Positions 1-12,750 of a DNA stretch of 64,000 nucleotides are shown piece after piece (positions within the stretch are counted from its first letter, which is position 1; each line of letters starts with the position of its first letter). Under the pieces are notes generated by a model that did not search any database, was not told where the DNA came from, and saw only the letters and a program-made list of their open reading frames with translations. The position numbers were made by a program, and so were the translations under genes. Origin of the DNA: Malacoraja senta (lineage: Eukaryota); NCBI GenBank assembly GCA_038087875.1, contig CM075995.1, positions 1,056,001 through 1,120,000 on the forward strand, read 5' to 3'.

Positions 1-437
1 AATAGATCAGTAGATATTTGTTAGAAATGGGTTCCACAGAATGTGGAACAACTTTTGACATATGATGGTATATATATTCTGTTGTGCTGCAGCAAGTAAG
101 AATTTCATTGTTGTATCTGGGACATATGACAATAATACACTCTTGACCACAAGATATTGCAGCGAATTGTGGATGCAGCCCAGACTATCTCACAAAGCAA
201 CCTCCCTTCCATTGACTCCATTTATACCTCACGCTGCCTCGGCAAGGCTAGCAGCATAATCAAGGATGAGTCGCACCTTGGCCACTCCCTCTTCTCCCCT
301 CTCCCATCAGGCAAAAGGTATAGAAGTGTGAAAATGCACACCTCCAGATGCAGGGACAGTTTCTTCCCAGCTATTACAGGCAACTGAATCATCCTACCAC
401 AACCAGAGAGCAGTCCTGAAATATTATCTACCTCATT

Positions 438-2288
438 TGATAAGGTCCCACATAGGAGATTAGCAGGCAAAATTAGAGCACATGGTATTGGGGGTAGGGT
501 GATGACATGGATAGAAAATTGGTTGGCAGACAGGAAACAAAGGGTAGGAATTAACGGGTCCCTTTCAGAATGGCAGGCAGTGACTAGTGGGGTACCGCAA
601 GGCTCGGTGCTGGGACCGCAGCTATTTACAATATATATTAATGATTTGGATGAAGGGATTAAAAGTAACATTAGCAAATTTGCAGATGACACAAAGCTGA
701 GTGGCAGTGTGCACTGTGAGGAGGATGCTATGAGAATGCAGGGTGACTTGGACAGGTTGTGTGAGTGGGCAGATGCAGTTTGATGTGGATAAATGTGAGA
801 TTATCCACTTGGTGGCAAAAACAGGAAGGCAGATTATTATCTAAATTGATTGATTGATTGATTGATTGATTTATTTCTTGTCATTTGAACCTCAAAGAGG
901 CTCAAACGAAACTCCGTTTCCACAGCCATACAAACAAAACAATTCTTACACGACACACAAACAATTCAATTTACAGAAAAACATCCATCACAGTGAATCT
1001 CCTCCTCACTGTGATGGAAGGCAAAGTCATTTCTTTCCCCTGCACCATTTTTCTCCCGATGTTGAAGCCCCAGGCGGGCAATGTTAAGTCCCACGGCCGT
1101 TGAGGCCGCGCCGGGCGGTGTACGGCCCCGCTCCAGTCCAAAAGTCACAAGGTTGGAGCCCCCGGCGGGCGCTGGAATATCCCGCCGCCATTAAAGACGC
1201 TCCGGGCGATTTACGGCCCCACTCCGGGTCGTTCCAACCCCGCGACACGGGCGGGAGAAGTTGCGTTGCGGGAGCTCCGGAAAGCGGTCTCTCACCCGGA
1301 CCCGCGAGCTCCCGATATCACAGTCCACGGGTCTGCAGCTGCAGCTGGAGCTTCGGAGTGAGCAGCAACGAGTCACCACCGCTCCCTGCGCTCCGAGGAC
1401 GGCCAGCTACACAGGCTCCGCGACTGGAGCCCCCAGGTCGTCCCGGTCGGAGGCCGCTCCACGGAGCTAGGCCCCAACGACAACGGAGACCCGACAGGGA
1501 AAAGGTCGGGTCTCCCGTGCAGGGAATAGATTTTTTTTAAAGTTTCCCCCTGGTGTCAAGTTGGGAAAAGAGGAAGTACAATGGGATCTGGGGGGTCCTT
1601 GTTCATCAGTCACTGAAAGTAAGCATGTAGGTACAGCAGGCAGTGAGAAAGCGAATGGCATGTTGGCCTTCATAACATGAGGAGTTGAGTATAGGAGCAA
1701 AGAGGTCCTCCTGCAGTTGTACCTGGCCCTAGTGAGACCACACCTGGAGTATTGTTTGCAGTTTTGGTCTCCAAACTTGAGGAAGGACATTCTTGCTATT
1801 GAGGGAGTGCAGCGTAGGTTCAAGAGGTTAATTTCTGGGATGGCGGGCCTGTCATATGTTGATAGATTGGAGCGGCTGGGCTTGTATACTCTGGAATTTA
1901 GAAGGATGAGAGGGCATCTTATTGAAACATATAAGATTATTAATGGTTTCTGCACGCTAAAGGCAGGAAACATGTTCCAAATGTTGGGGGAGTCCAGAAC
2001 CAGGGGCCATAGTTTAAGAATAAGGGGTAAGCCATTTAGAATGGAGATGAGGAAAAACTTTTGTGAGTTTTGTAAACAGTTGTGAGTCTGCCTCAGAGGG
2101 CGGTGGAGGCTGGTTCTGTGGATGCTTTCAAGAGGGAGTTAGATAGCTCTTAGGGATAGCAGAGTTAAGGGAAATGGAGAGAAGGCAGGAACAGGGTACT
2201 GATTATGGATGATCAGCCATGATCACATTGAATGGCGGTGCTGGCTCGAAGGGCCGAATGCCTTACTCCTGCACCTATTGTCTATTGT
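438..2288 (+). mobile_element. CR1 (HER1-like) LINE, 5'-truncated, interrupted at 846-1550
   Basis: RT motifs [11 protein letters not shown] and KFADDTKL; C-terminal [19 protein letters not shown]; 3' tail ..cctactcctgcacctattgtctattg. The sequence ctaaa|tggtgtcaag is contiguous across the insert. Confidence 0.9.
846..1550 (-). mobile_element. GC-rich non-autonomous retroposon (SINE-like), copy 1
   Basis: (gatt)n tail, tgacaagaaataaa 3' end on the - strand, shared hairpin motif at about 984-1022, GC-rich body; inserted into CR1. Confidence 0.7.
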
Positions 2289-2716
2289 CATTAGTGACCC
2301 TCGGACTATCCTTGCTGGCTTTACCTTGCACTAAATGTTATTTCCTTATCATGTATCTAGACACTGTAAATGGCTTGATTGTAATCATGTATTGTCTTTC
2401 TGCTGACTGGATAGCACGCAACAAAAGCTTTTCACTCTTTTGTTTATTGTCACATGTGACAATAAACAAAACTAACTATCTTGATTGGCATGGGCAAGTT
2501 GGGCTGAAGTGCCTGTTTCTATGCTATAAACTATCTCAAAGAACCAGCACTGAGCTAGATGATCAAGCATTCCATATAATGATCTGGGGTCAAGGTAAGT
2601 CAATTGTGCAATTGGGGTAGAGTGACGGTTTTAAGAATGCCATATCATTGGAATACCCTAAAGAAGCAAGATATTTAGTAAACCTTTTATTATCTCAGAC
2701 TATGTGTCATGGAGGC

Positions 2717-4080
2717 ATAGAGTCATTGATTAATACAGTGTAGAATCAGGCCCTTCGGCCCAACTCGCCCATACAAAATACAATGTGCCAGCTACCCTAG
2801 TCCCACTTGCGTGCGCTTGGTTCATAACCCTCCAAACAGTTGTACCTGTCCAACTGTTTCATAAACAATGGGATATTCGCAGCCTCAATTACCTCTTCTG
2901 GCTGCTTGTTCCATACACCCACCACCCTCTGTGTGTAAAGGTTACCTCTCGGATTCCTATTAAATCTTTTCCCCTTCACCTTGAACCTAGGTGCTCGATT
3001 TCCCTATGGGTAAAAGACTCTGTGCATCTATTCCTCTCATTATTTTGTATATCTCCATATTAAGATCTCCCCTCATCCTCCTACGCTCCATGGAATAGGG
3101 ATCCAGCCTACTCAACCACTCCCTATAGCTCACACCCTCCAGTCCTGGCAACATCCTCATAAATCTTTTCTTAACCCTTTCAAGCTTGACAATATCTTTC
3201 CTATAACATGGTGCCCAGAACTGAACACAATATTCTAAATGCAGTCTCACCAACGTCTTATACAACTGCAACATGATCTCCCAACTTCTATACTCAATAC
3301 GCTGACTGATGGCCAAAGTGCCAAAAGCCTTATTGACCACCTTATCTACCTGCCACTCGACCTTCATGGAACCATGCACTTATACTCCTAGATCCCTCTG
3401 CTCTACAACACTACCCAGAGGCCTACCATTACTGTGTAGGTCCTGCCCTTGTTTGAGGTACCAAAATGCAACACCTCACACTTCTCTGTATTAAATTCCA
3501 TCAAACATTCCCCCGCCCACCTGGCCAATCGATCCAGATCCTGCTGCAATCGTTCACAACCATCTTCACTATCTGCAAAACCACAAACTTTTGTATCATC
3601 ATCAAACTTGCTAATTCTGCCCTGTATGTTCTCATCCAAATCATTGTGCTTAGAGTGCTTCCTTCCATGGAGCTAATTTGCTATCCATTCAGCTATCTCT
3701 CCTTGGATCCCATGAGATCTAACCTTCCATAGCAGCCTACCATGCGGCACCTTGTCGAATGCCTAACTAAAGTCCATGTACACAACATCTGCACCTCTGC
3801 CTTCATCAACCTTTTTGCTCACATCTTCAAAAAAAACAATGCAAATTGTGAGATATGACCTCCCATGTACAAAACCGTGCTGACTGTCCCTAATCAGCCC
3901 TGGCCCAGCCAAATGCCTGAATATCCTATCCCTCGGAATACTCAACAGTAACTTACCAACTACAGATGTTAACCTCACCGGCCTATAGTTCCCAGCATTT
4001 TCCCTGCAGCCCTTCTTGAAAAGAGGCACAACATTTGCCACCCTCCAATCCTTTGGCACCTCTCCTGTATTTAAGAACGA
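2717..4080 (-). mobile_element. CR1 LINE fragment with internal deletions
   Basis: - strand ORFs [41 protein letters not shown]1 3' end near 2717-2830. Confidence 0.88.
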
Positions 4081-4081
4081 T

Positions 4082-4951
4082 TAGGGGCGCCGCATGAAGG
4101 CTGCCTCTGCCTGTCCGTTTTTTCCATCTTTTTTTTATTTTTTATTTTGTTTAAAAGTATGTTGAGGAGGTTTCTTTAGTTTTTCTATGTGGGGGAGGGG
4201 GGGTAGGGTAAGGGGGAAACCGTCTCCCAGTCGCCTCGTGGCGAGGAGGCGACTATTCTCCGAGTCGCGTCCTCGCCCCCTTCCTCGCGGCCTACCAACT
4301 GGATTGGCGCGGCCTTTCCTGCCAGGGACCGGACCAGAGCTCCAGCAGTGGCGGCGCAGCGCTGGATACATTGCGGAGCGGGCAATGCCTCACCTGGGAT
4401 CGCCGTTTTAAGCTCCGGAGTGCTGGACCTGCTGCAACAACATCGCGGGGCTGTGGTTTGAAGAGCTCCTAGCCCGGGCGACGCTGATTCCAACATCGCG
4501 GTGCCCTGGGGCCCTTTTGCCGAGGGCCGCCAGCATGGGTCTCCGCTCGGCGCAGCTTGTGGACTTCGGGAGCCGCGGACTCCGGTAGGAAGTGGCTGAT
4601 TCGGAGGTCCAAGCCACTGAGGTTGTTCTCCCGTTCCGACGTCGGAGTTCCATCATCCCGGCGAGAGGGCCTGAGCATCGGGCCACCCGTAGCGGCGACT
4701 GCGGAGGGCTCGGGAGGTCCCGACCACGGGTGTATATCAAAGAACATCAAAGAGCAGGATGACTGAACTTTGGGCCTTCCCTCACAGTAGGACACTTTGA
4801 TTCCGGTGTGCAGGGGATGTTTATGTTAAAATACTATCGTGTTTTGTTCTCTTTTTATTCGTATGGCTGTATGGTGACCCCAAATTTCACTGTACCAATT
4901 GGTGCATGTGACAATAAATGTCTCTTGAATCTCTTGAATCTCTTGAATCTT
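4082..4951 (+). mobile_element. GC-rich non-autonomous retroposon, apparently full-length copy 2
   Basis: Head ggggcgcc..gtccgtttttt, T-rich and G-rich blocks, GC-rich body, gccttccctcacag motif, Rex-like tail gtgacaataaa plus (tctcttgaa)n. Confidence 0.7.
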
Positions 4952-5169
4952 GACTCATAAGTTTTACCACTCTCAGTCTTTTACCACTTACAGTTGCCTT
5001 CTTGATTAAGCGTGTTTGCAATTATTTTGTGTTGGAGTAAAGCACCACGAGGGAAAGCAAACTCCTGCATATCCTGTACATCTACGATGAAAACAAAATT
5101 TTGGAACGATTCCCAGACACTGCCCAGAGGAACTTTCCTTATAGTGTCCTTGGTCTTGGATGATTGACC

Positions 5170-6210
5170 TAGCAATGTTACAAAATTTTGAGATTTAAAA
5201 AATAAAGTCTGCAATTTATCCCATCAGATAAAGCATAAAAAGAAGTTTAATTTGACACTTAATTCACTTTCATATCTTCAGTATTAAAAAAGTTATGGCC
5301 ATTATCATACTCAGAAATTAGCATCTAGTTCCCTATTGCTTTTCCATTGACTTAACACAAAAGCTGTGATCGAGGACAGTTAAAAGCCCATAACTTTCTT
5401 AAAAATTATGGTAACTGAAAGAAATTTTCAGGTATTATAGATTGAAGCATTCTGAAACAAATATGAAACAATCTTACTTCGAAGACATGAAAGTAAAGCA
5501 TATAATTAGTTAGTTACCTAATTGTAGCTAATTACAAAATTCAATTACTAGATCTAAACATCTATCAATTTCTTAAGAATAGATTAACATTTTTAAATAG
5601 CCTAAGTGTCCAAATAACATTCACACAATAATTCACAATATAACATAATTTTTAAATCTAATTTTCATGAATTTACAGGCCAAATGGAAGGAATTGAATG
5701 TTTAATACCTGTAAATTAATGGGGATTTAATTCATCTTGCGAGTGAGAATTTCTGGAACGCGATCTTTTGGAACGTTCATTTGCGGTGAATTTAACCCCG
5801 TATTGGCATGAAAAATACTGCCGTTAATTCGGGGAATAAAATCACCGTGTCGCATGACAAAATGTGAATTAAAGGCTTCTTAAGAAGCACTTTTATACAT
5901 TTAAAGAAAGCACTTTCGTTTACCTGTCCATTGTGTGAAATCCGTCCCCGTTATTGGCGTTGACGCTTCAGGAGCTGCTTTTAAAATTACTCTAGCGCTG
6001 ACATTGACGATTTAATTTAAAAAAAAAATTCACAAAACGCCGGTAGGAACGATTTTGTCAGCGAAGTTTTGTACTCCAACAAAATATTTCCAGGACAAGG
6101 GAGGATAAACCGCGTTTTAACCCCGCCCCCCCCTTAAAGGCGCCAAAATCGCGCACACGGCCAGTGGCAGAATTACAGCGCGACTGAAGGTAAGTTTTGT
6201 AACATACCTA
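5170..6210. mobile_element. Non-autonomous DNA transposon with TAG...CTA termini
   Basis: TIRs tagcaatgttacaaaatt / aagttttgtaacataccta; flanking direct repeat attgacc at 5163-5169 and 6211-6217; related copy at 16668-18403. Confidence 0.85.
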
Positions 6211-6428
6211 ATTGACCTCCAGCAGGAAATCATCTTCCTTTGTGTGAGGTTCGGCTCCAGCCAATAGAATGGATTCCCTTGATGCCTGTGGACATTGGTT
6301 TTATCTTGGCTCCTTGGCCAAATGGTATTTTGATGTCAAAAGCAGTCATCCTCAACTACCTCTGGAATTTGGCTCTTAAGTCCTTGTTTGGATCAAGACT
6401 ATGACAAGTGGAGTGGTACCGGTGAAAT

Positions 6429-7802
6429 AGACAATAGACAATAGGTGCAGGAGTAGGCCATTCTGCCCTTCGAGCCAGCACCGCCATTCAATGTGATCAT
6501 GGCTGATCATCCCCAATCAGTACCCCTTTCCTGCCCTCCACATATCCCCTGACTCAATTATCTTTAAGGGCCCTATCTAGCTCTCTCTTGAAAGTATCCA
6601 GAGAACAATACAACAATACAATACAATACGGTTTTATTCGTAACATTGCACATAAAGTGCAAGTGAAATGAATTTGCCAGCAGCGGTACAATAATAACGA
6701 ACACACAATACACAATAAAAATTTAACACAAACATCCACCACAGCATTCATCACTGTGGTGGAAGGCACAAAATTTGGCCAGTCCTCCTCCATTTCCCCC
6801 CGTGGTCGGGACCTCAACCCTCCGCAGCCGTCGCTGCGGGCGTCCAGAAGTGCAGACAGGTAAAAGTCCAGGTAAGTCCATAGTCGGCTCTTCCCTACCG
6901 GGGATTGCGGCTTTAGGTTGGTGTAGGCCGCAGGCCGGCCCTCGAACATTTAAAGTCCCCGCCGCGGCAGCCAGAAACACCGCAGACCGCAGGGCCGGCG
7001 GTCGAAGCTCCCCTCCAAGGGTGATGGTAAGTCCATGCCGGGCCCGCGGTAGAAGTTGGCCGCGGGCCGATGGTCAGAGCTTCTTCTCCTCCCGGGTCCC
7101 CTCGAGGGATCCCAGGCTGCGGACGCCGAGCCAGCTGGAGTACCGCAGACCGCGACTTCAGGCTGCCGCGGGCCAGCGAAATGGAGCGCTCCCCTCCGGC
7201 GAGCCCCAGCGAGGGCTCGCCCGCTCCGCGCCGAGAGTCCATGCTGCGCCCGCCGCTGAAGCCCCGGGCCCGTCTCCGGGAAAGGCCGCGCCGATCCTTG
7301 TTGTTAGGCCATGGGGGAGGCGACCTGGAAAAAGTCGCCTCTCCGTGGAGGAGGCGACCGAAACGGTATCCCCCCTTACCCCCCCACAGAGAAACATTAA
7401 AACCATACACTAAAACATACTAAAATAATTTAAAAAGCAGAAAAAAACGGACACGCTGCTGACAGGGCGCCGGCTTGCAGCGCCCCCACCGGCCTCCACT
7501 GCCCTCTGAGGCAGATAATTCCACAGACTCACCACTCTCTGTGAGAAAAAGTGTTTCCTCGTCTCCGTTCTAAATGGCTTACCCTTTATTCTTAAACTGG
7601 CCCCTGGTTCTGGACTCCCCCAACATCGGGAACATGTTTCCTGCCTCTAGCGTGTCCAAACCCTTAACAACCTTATATGTTTCAATAAGATACCCTCTCA
7701 TCCTTCTAAACTCCAGAGTGTACCAGCCCAGCCGCTCCATTCTCTCAGCATATGACAGTCCTGCCATCCCGGGAATTAACCTTGTAAACCTACTCTGCAC
7801 TC
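6429..7802 (-). mobile_element. CR1 3' fragment interrupted by GC-rich retroposon
   Basis: CR1 tail 6429-6604 and C-terminal ORF 7579-7815; gagaac|cggcctcc is contiguous across the insert. Confidence 0.85.
6605..7490 (-). mobile_element. GC-rich non-autonomous retroposon, full-length copy 3
   Basis: (aatac)n tail, hairpin motif 6735-6767, body homologous to 4082-4951 and 51200-51866. Confidence 0.72.
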
Positions 7803-8636
7803 CCACAAAATGCAAGATGGGTATCAGTTAGCAGGGTATTGGTGAACAAATACTGCTTGACAGCAATGTCAATGATGCCTTCCATTATTTTGCTAATGAT
7901 TAATAGACAGATGGAGGAGTAATCAGCAGGACTCTGTCCTGTTTTTTTGTGAAAGGGTCATAACTGGCCAATTTTGCTCATTAAGTGATTCTGATATCAC
8001 CTGGTTCATTGTGATTGTGATGCGTCTAATAGGCATCCACAGTTTCTTATATTTAAGACTAGTTTCCCTGGGTTACTTGGATACAAATAGAATTTGCAAG
8101 TACTCACAAAATTTACTGAAACATCTGTCACGCAAAAACCCTAACTTTCATCTCAACCATGACATGGGCATCTCTGAACTGTCCACACAGACCACAGCAG
8201 ATGTGGATTGTTGATGCACAGAATGAAAGCGGACAACTTAACTGGTCATCTCCAGGCAATACCTATCATCATCAGGAACATGCAAGGGACAGAGTAATCA
8301 TTTTCTGGTCTGCACACATGAAGGGTTTATTACAGTAATAACTTCTGCCTCCCTGATGTAACTACCCGACCTAAATATATAAATTACATTTGTTGCTATA
8401 TAGCTACACCAATCATTCAAAGAGGAAGATTTCCACCAAAACAAACCTGCTAGTAAGTTGCAGAAAACAAATGGAGTATTTTCTGAAGCTTGGTATTGAA
8501 CAGGAATGTCAATACATTTAGAACATGGTGTGCGGTTACAGAGTCATGTACAGCACTGAAACAGGCCATTTGGTCCACCTTTATGCTGATTCAAGTTGGT
8601 AACCTAAGCTACTTCCATTTGCCTACATTTGGCCCA

Positions 8637-8705
8637 TCTATCTATATCTATATAACTAAAACTCTCATCTTGTTTGTGTGTATGTATATGTGTGTGTGTG
8701 GGTGG
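8637..8705 (+). mobile_element. Helitron-like 5' end fragment
   Basis: tctatatctatataactaaaactctcatcttg followed by (tg)n; similar to the head of the element at 59981-60708. Confidence 0.4.
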
Positions 8706-9214
8706 GTGTTATCTGGGCTGCTGCAAGTAACGCGGCTGCAAGTAAGAATTTTGTTGTCCTATTTCGGTATATATGACAATTAAGCATTTGACTTTTGAAG
8801 TCCATTAAATCTCAACTGTTTCCGTTAATTAATATTCTTGCCGAAATAAGAAGGCCAATATGCAACATAATATTATGGCTATGATCTTATTAATGGCGTG
8901 TATAATTGAAGCATAACCTCCCTACTTTTGAATTCAACTCCCTGAGCAATAAATGATAACATTCCATTAGCTTTCCTAATTATTGACCATCAGTAGGTTA
9001 TGCACATCCGCCTTATGGACACCCATAGAAACAAGTGAACTCCCATTGCATATTATTACATTTAAACAAACAATAATGTGGGGGGGAGAAAACTGAAGAT
9101 ACATGAGACTGCGGGTGTTGGAATCTTGAACAGCAAACTGCTGGATAGAACAGGCAGGCAGGCAGGCAGTCACATCAACCATTGATTGTGGGACATCCTG
9201 ATTCTGTACCATTG

Positions 9215-9595
9215 TAGACACAAGGAACTGCATATACTAGATTCTAGCATAGAACACAAAGTGTTGGAGTAACTCAGTGTGTCAGACAGCGTCTATGGAT
9301 TACATGGATAGAGAAAGTTTTGTGTTGGTACCTTCAGACTGATTGTAATGGCAGAGAAAAAGCTGGTAAAGAGGTGGGGGTGCAGGAATCACAGAGGGAG
9401 AGCAGTGAGAGAGGATCTTGCAGAACTCCTGTCAGTAGGAATTGCGGAGTGGGAGTATTGACCCACCTCTTTTGTAGCTTTGTCTCCCCCACTTCAATCA
9501 GTCTGAAGAAGGGTCCCGACCTGAAAAGTGACCTTTCCATGTCCTCCAGGGATGCTCCTCACCCACTGGGTTACTCCAGCACTTTGTGTTCTGCA
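9215..9595. mobile_element. Penelope-derived fold-back (inverted pLTR) element
   Basis: Inverted arms about 9249-9380 and 9462-9592 (gaacacaaagtgttggagtaac ... gttactccagcactttgtgttc) matching the 3' end of the Penelope at 10955-11760. Confidence 0.75.
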
Positions 9596-9849
9596 CCTTT
9601 GTAACAGTAAATATACATTTATGTAAATTGTTCCTCATCAGTAACATTTATTACAATGCTGTGGTTATATTTGCTATAATCGAGAAAATTTGTGAATTTT
9701 CCAACAAGCACAAAAGTGACTCATGGACATCTGTAAAACAGAATGTGGTCATAACAGTTATACTTGCAATACTTGCACACTAGCTTCCTGTGAATCATTC
9801 ATGAAGACAGCAGTGGCAAGAACTACACACAATACTTCAAATTTGGCCT

Positions 9850-10258
9850 AACCTAAGTTTTAGATAGCTGCAACATGACTTCTTGGCTTTTATACTCAAT
9901 GCACCAACTGCTGAAAGCAAGTATGCCATATGCCTTATTTACGACCCTAACTACTTGTGTTGCTACTTTCAGGGAGCTACCGAATTGTACACCAAAAGAG
10001 GTGGGGGAGCAAGAATCACAGGGGGAGAACAGTGAGATAGGATCTTGCAAAGAGTACAAGGAGTTACACCAATAACTCTTTGTACGTCAATGCTCCGGTG
10101 GATCCCACCATTTACTGTATACTTTCCTCTTACATTTGACTTTGCGAAGTGCAATACCTCACACTTGTCCAGATTACACACCATGTGTCAGCCCTTATTT
10201 CCTTTTGGTCTAAATCCTGCTGAATCCTTTGACAACCTTCCTCACTATCCACAATCAC
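9850..10258 (-). mobile_element. CR1 LINE fragment
   Basis: - strand DKCEVLHF, VNKAYGILAF..IEYKSQEVMLQL. Confidence 0.8.
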
Positions 10259-10954
10259 GGCAATCATTTGGAATATGGAATAAAATTTGAGGGAGAAAAG
10301 GAAGGTAAATCAACACATTTTTTCCAACTCTCATTTCTTGATGTATGTACAGATGACGTGACTTTGCATTACAGAAAATTGCAATACAGCTGTTTTCTAA
10401 GAACACAACCCGCTGTAATACATCATCGTTTGTATAGTACCTCTATCTGTTCCCCATTATCCATAAACATATGTTTCTGCTTCAATGAGCTACAATTAAT
10501 TAGATAAACATGATTTCCCTTTCAGATCATAGCCCCACAAAGGATTTATATTTGTTCTTCAGTAATTTACTTAAAGATTGAATTTTCCAAGCGTAGCAAC
10601 AAAAGCAACCATCCATCTTGTCAGAAATGTGTTAATCCACTCAACAGAGCAGGAGAATGTTGTTCTAATAGTAATAGTTGGATTCATAAACTGCAGATCT
10701 TTCAACAGACATTAGAAATGGAGGCGAGAACATACTCTGCTACCCAGAAGGACTGTGAGCCGCGTCTGGGCTCCTTGCTACAGTGGGCAGGGTTCTCCCA
10801 CCTGTCATGGTGAATCATTCATGAGGCCGTGTGTGAACATCACTTTATCCTGCATCACAGTTATAGTATTGCAAAGGCAATACTCAAGGAAACTCAAGTA
10901 CAACAGATAAAGCAAATGGGAAGATACAGAAGATATTAAAAATGCCAATTTTTC

Positions 10955-11760
10955 CGATAATCCCCCGACATTTTCGCCACCTCCAACGGGATCCCACCAC
11001 TGGCCACATCTTCCTATCTCCTCCCCTTTCGGCTTTCCGCAGAGACCGTTCCCTCCATAACTCCCTGGTCAATTCATCCCTTCCCACCCAATCCACCCCC
11101 TCCCCTGGTACTTTCCCTTGCAACCAGGGATGCTGCCTCACCCACTGGGTTACTCCAGCACTTTGTGTTCTGCACCATTGTAACAGTAAATATACAAGTA
11201 TTTACACTTGCCGCTTTACCTCACCCCTCGACTCCATCCAAGGACCCAAGCAGTCTTTCCAGGTGAGGCAGAGGTTCACCTGTACCTCCTCCAACCTCAT
11301 CTATTGCATCCGCTGTTCCAGGTGTCAACTGCTCGATATCGGCGAGACCAAGCGCAGGCTTGGCGATCGCTTCGCCCAACACCTCCGCTCAGTTTGCAAT
11401 AACCAACCTGATCTCCCGGTGGCTCAGCACTTCAACTCCCCATCCCATTCAGAATCCGACCTTTCTGTCCTGGGCCTCCTCCATGGCCAGAGTGAGTCTC
11501 ACTGCAAATTGGAGGAGCAGCACCTCATATTTTGCTTGGGTAGTTTACACCCCAGCGGTATGAACATTGACTTTCTTGCTTTCCTTGCTTTCTCCTTCCC
11601 CTTCCCCTCCCAGCTCCCCCACAGCCTACTGTCTCCGCCTCTTCCTGTCTTTTTCCCGCCCCCCCCCACATCAGTCTGAAGAAGGGTCTCCACCTGAAAC
11701 GTCGCCTATTCCTTCGCTCCATAGATGCTGCCTCACCCGCTGAGTTTCTCCAGCATGTTT
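10955..11760 (+). mobile_element. Penelope-like element, 3' part with GIY-YIG endonuclease
   Basis: ORF 10942-11679: FTCTSSNLIYCIRCSRC..DIGETKRRLGDRFAQHL..PVAQHFNS..LEEQHLIFCLGSLHPSGMNIDF, followed by pLTR sequence. Confidence 0.9.
11672..11708 (+). ncRNA. Minimal type I hammerhead-ribozyme-like motif in Penelope pLTR
   Basis: CTGAAGA-A-[GGGTCTCCACCT]-GAAAC-GTC: hammerhead core boxes, imperfect stem II, palindromic ACGT stem III and GUC triplet; stem I weak. Confidence 0.6.
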
Positions 11761-12199
11761 GCCTAATTTCTCCTCTTTAGTAATTTATATCTGATTAAGA
11801 CATCACAACACTTATGCCTTCATTCATTGGCTTCCATGATTTTCTCCTCAGTAAAAACAGATGAGAAATATTCATTTAATATGACCCCCATCTTTTTTGA
11901 CTCTACTCAAAGATGGTGATGCTGATTTTTAAATGAACGTCACGCTTTTACTCTCAATACTGTATACCTGCAGAATCACATAATTTTCCTTTATATTGTC
12001 TGCAAGATCCATTTCATGTCATATTTTGGCCCTCCTGATTGGCTTCTTCAATGTACCCCTGCACTTCTTATACTCATGAAGGGATTCGCTTCCTTCTCTC
12101 CATAGATGCTGCCTGTCCCGCTGAGTTACTCCAGCACTTTTGTGTCTACCTTCGCTTTAAACCAGCATCTGCAGTTCCTTCCTAAACATTTTGTCCGTC

Positions 12200-12750
12200 C
12201 TGGTTAAAGATGGCTGAGTCTATACGTGTCGGCAGAGCGGCCAACGGAGCCCGGGTCGGGGTCCAGGTCGGCGGAGCGGCCGACGGAGCCCGCGGCTGGG
12301 GCCCGGGTCGGCACCATGGAGGTGTGAAATGGGGCGTTGACAGTGGTGAGGCCTCAGAGGCGGTGAACCGGCGGCAGCGGTGAAGCCTCGTGACGATGGG
12401 GCCTCGGCGGTGGTGAAGCCTCGCGGCGGCAGCGATGCCTCGCGGGTCGACCCGTGGTCAACGGTCAATGAGAGCGTGGGGGGACCGCCGGGAGGGCAAG
12501 AACAATGGAGGCCCTGGCGTGGGGGGACAAAGGACAATGGGGCACAATGGACAATGTGGGGGGGAACAAAGGACAATGGGGACCCAAAGTAGGGGGAGCT
12601 GCTGGGGGTGTGTGTGGTGGGGGACAAAAGAGGACCCGGCATGCTTTGTAACTTTGTCAGCGCCGTAGGTTGCCACTATTTGTATACATTGGGTATTCAA
12701 GCAAGGAATTTCATTGTGCCTAGTCAATTAAGTATTCCTATTCCTATTGA
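12200..12750 (+). mobile_element. Second GC-rich SINE-like element with Rex-like tail
   Basis: aagatggc head, CpG-rich repetitive body, ggacaatggg repeats, aaggaatttcattgtg.. tail with (tattcc)n. Confidence 0.5.

Larger units (their letters stand above)
145..2475 (+). mobile_element. Rex1/Babar LINE 3' fragment (145-437, resuming about 2289-2475), split by a CR1 insertion
   Basis: ORF 157-387 resembles the Rex1 ORF C-terminus (..SHLGHSLFSPLPSGKRYRS..RDSFFP); the 3' UTR continues after the CR1 and ends in tgtgacaataaa. Confidence 0.7.

Noticed and set aside
6554..7423. Many overlapping Arg/Pro/Gly-rich ORFs in GC-rich elements (also 1100-1540, 4135-4795, 19630-20196, 35256-35711, 51174-51729)
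   Set aside because: Stop-poor GC-rich repeats; no reading frame is conserved between copies.
7300..7490. HDV-like ribozyme or mini-intron in the GC-rich element head
   Set aside because: I could not build the nested pseudoknot, and the apparent acceptor AG is not conserved in other copies.
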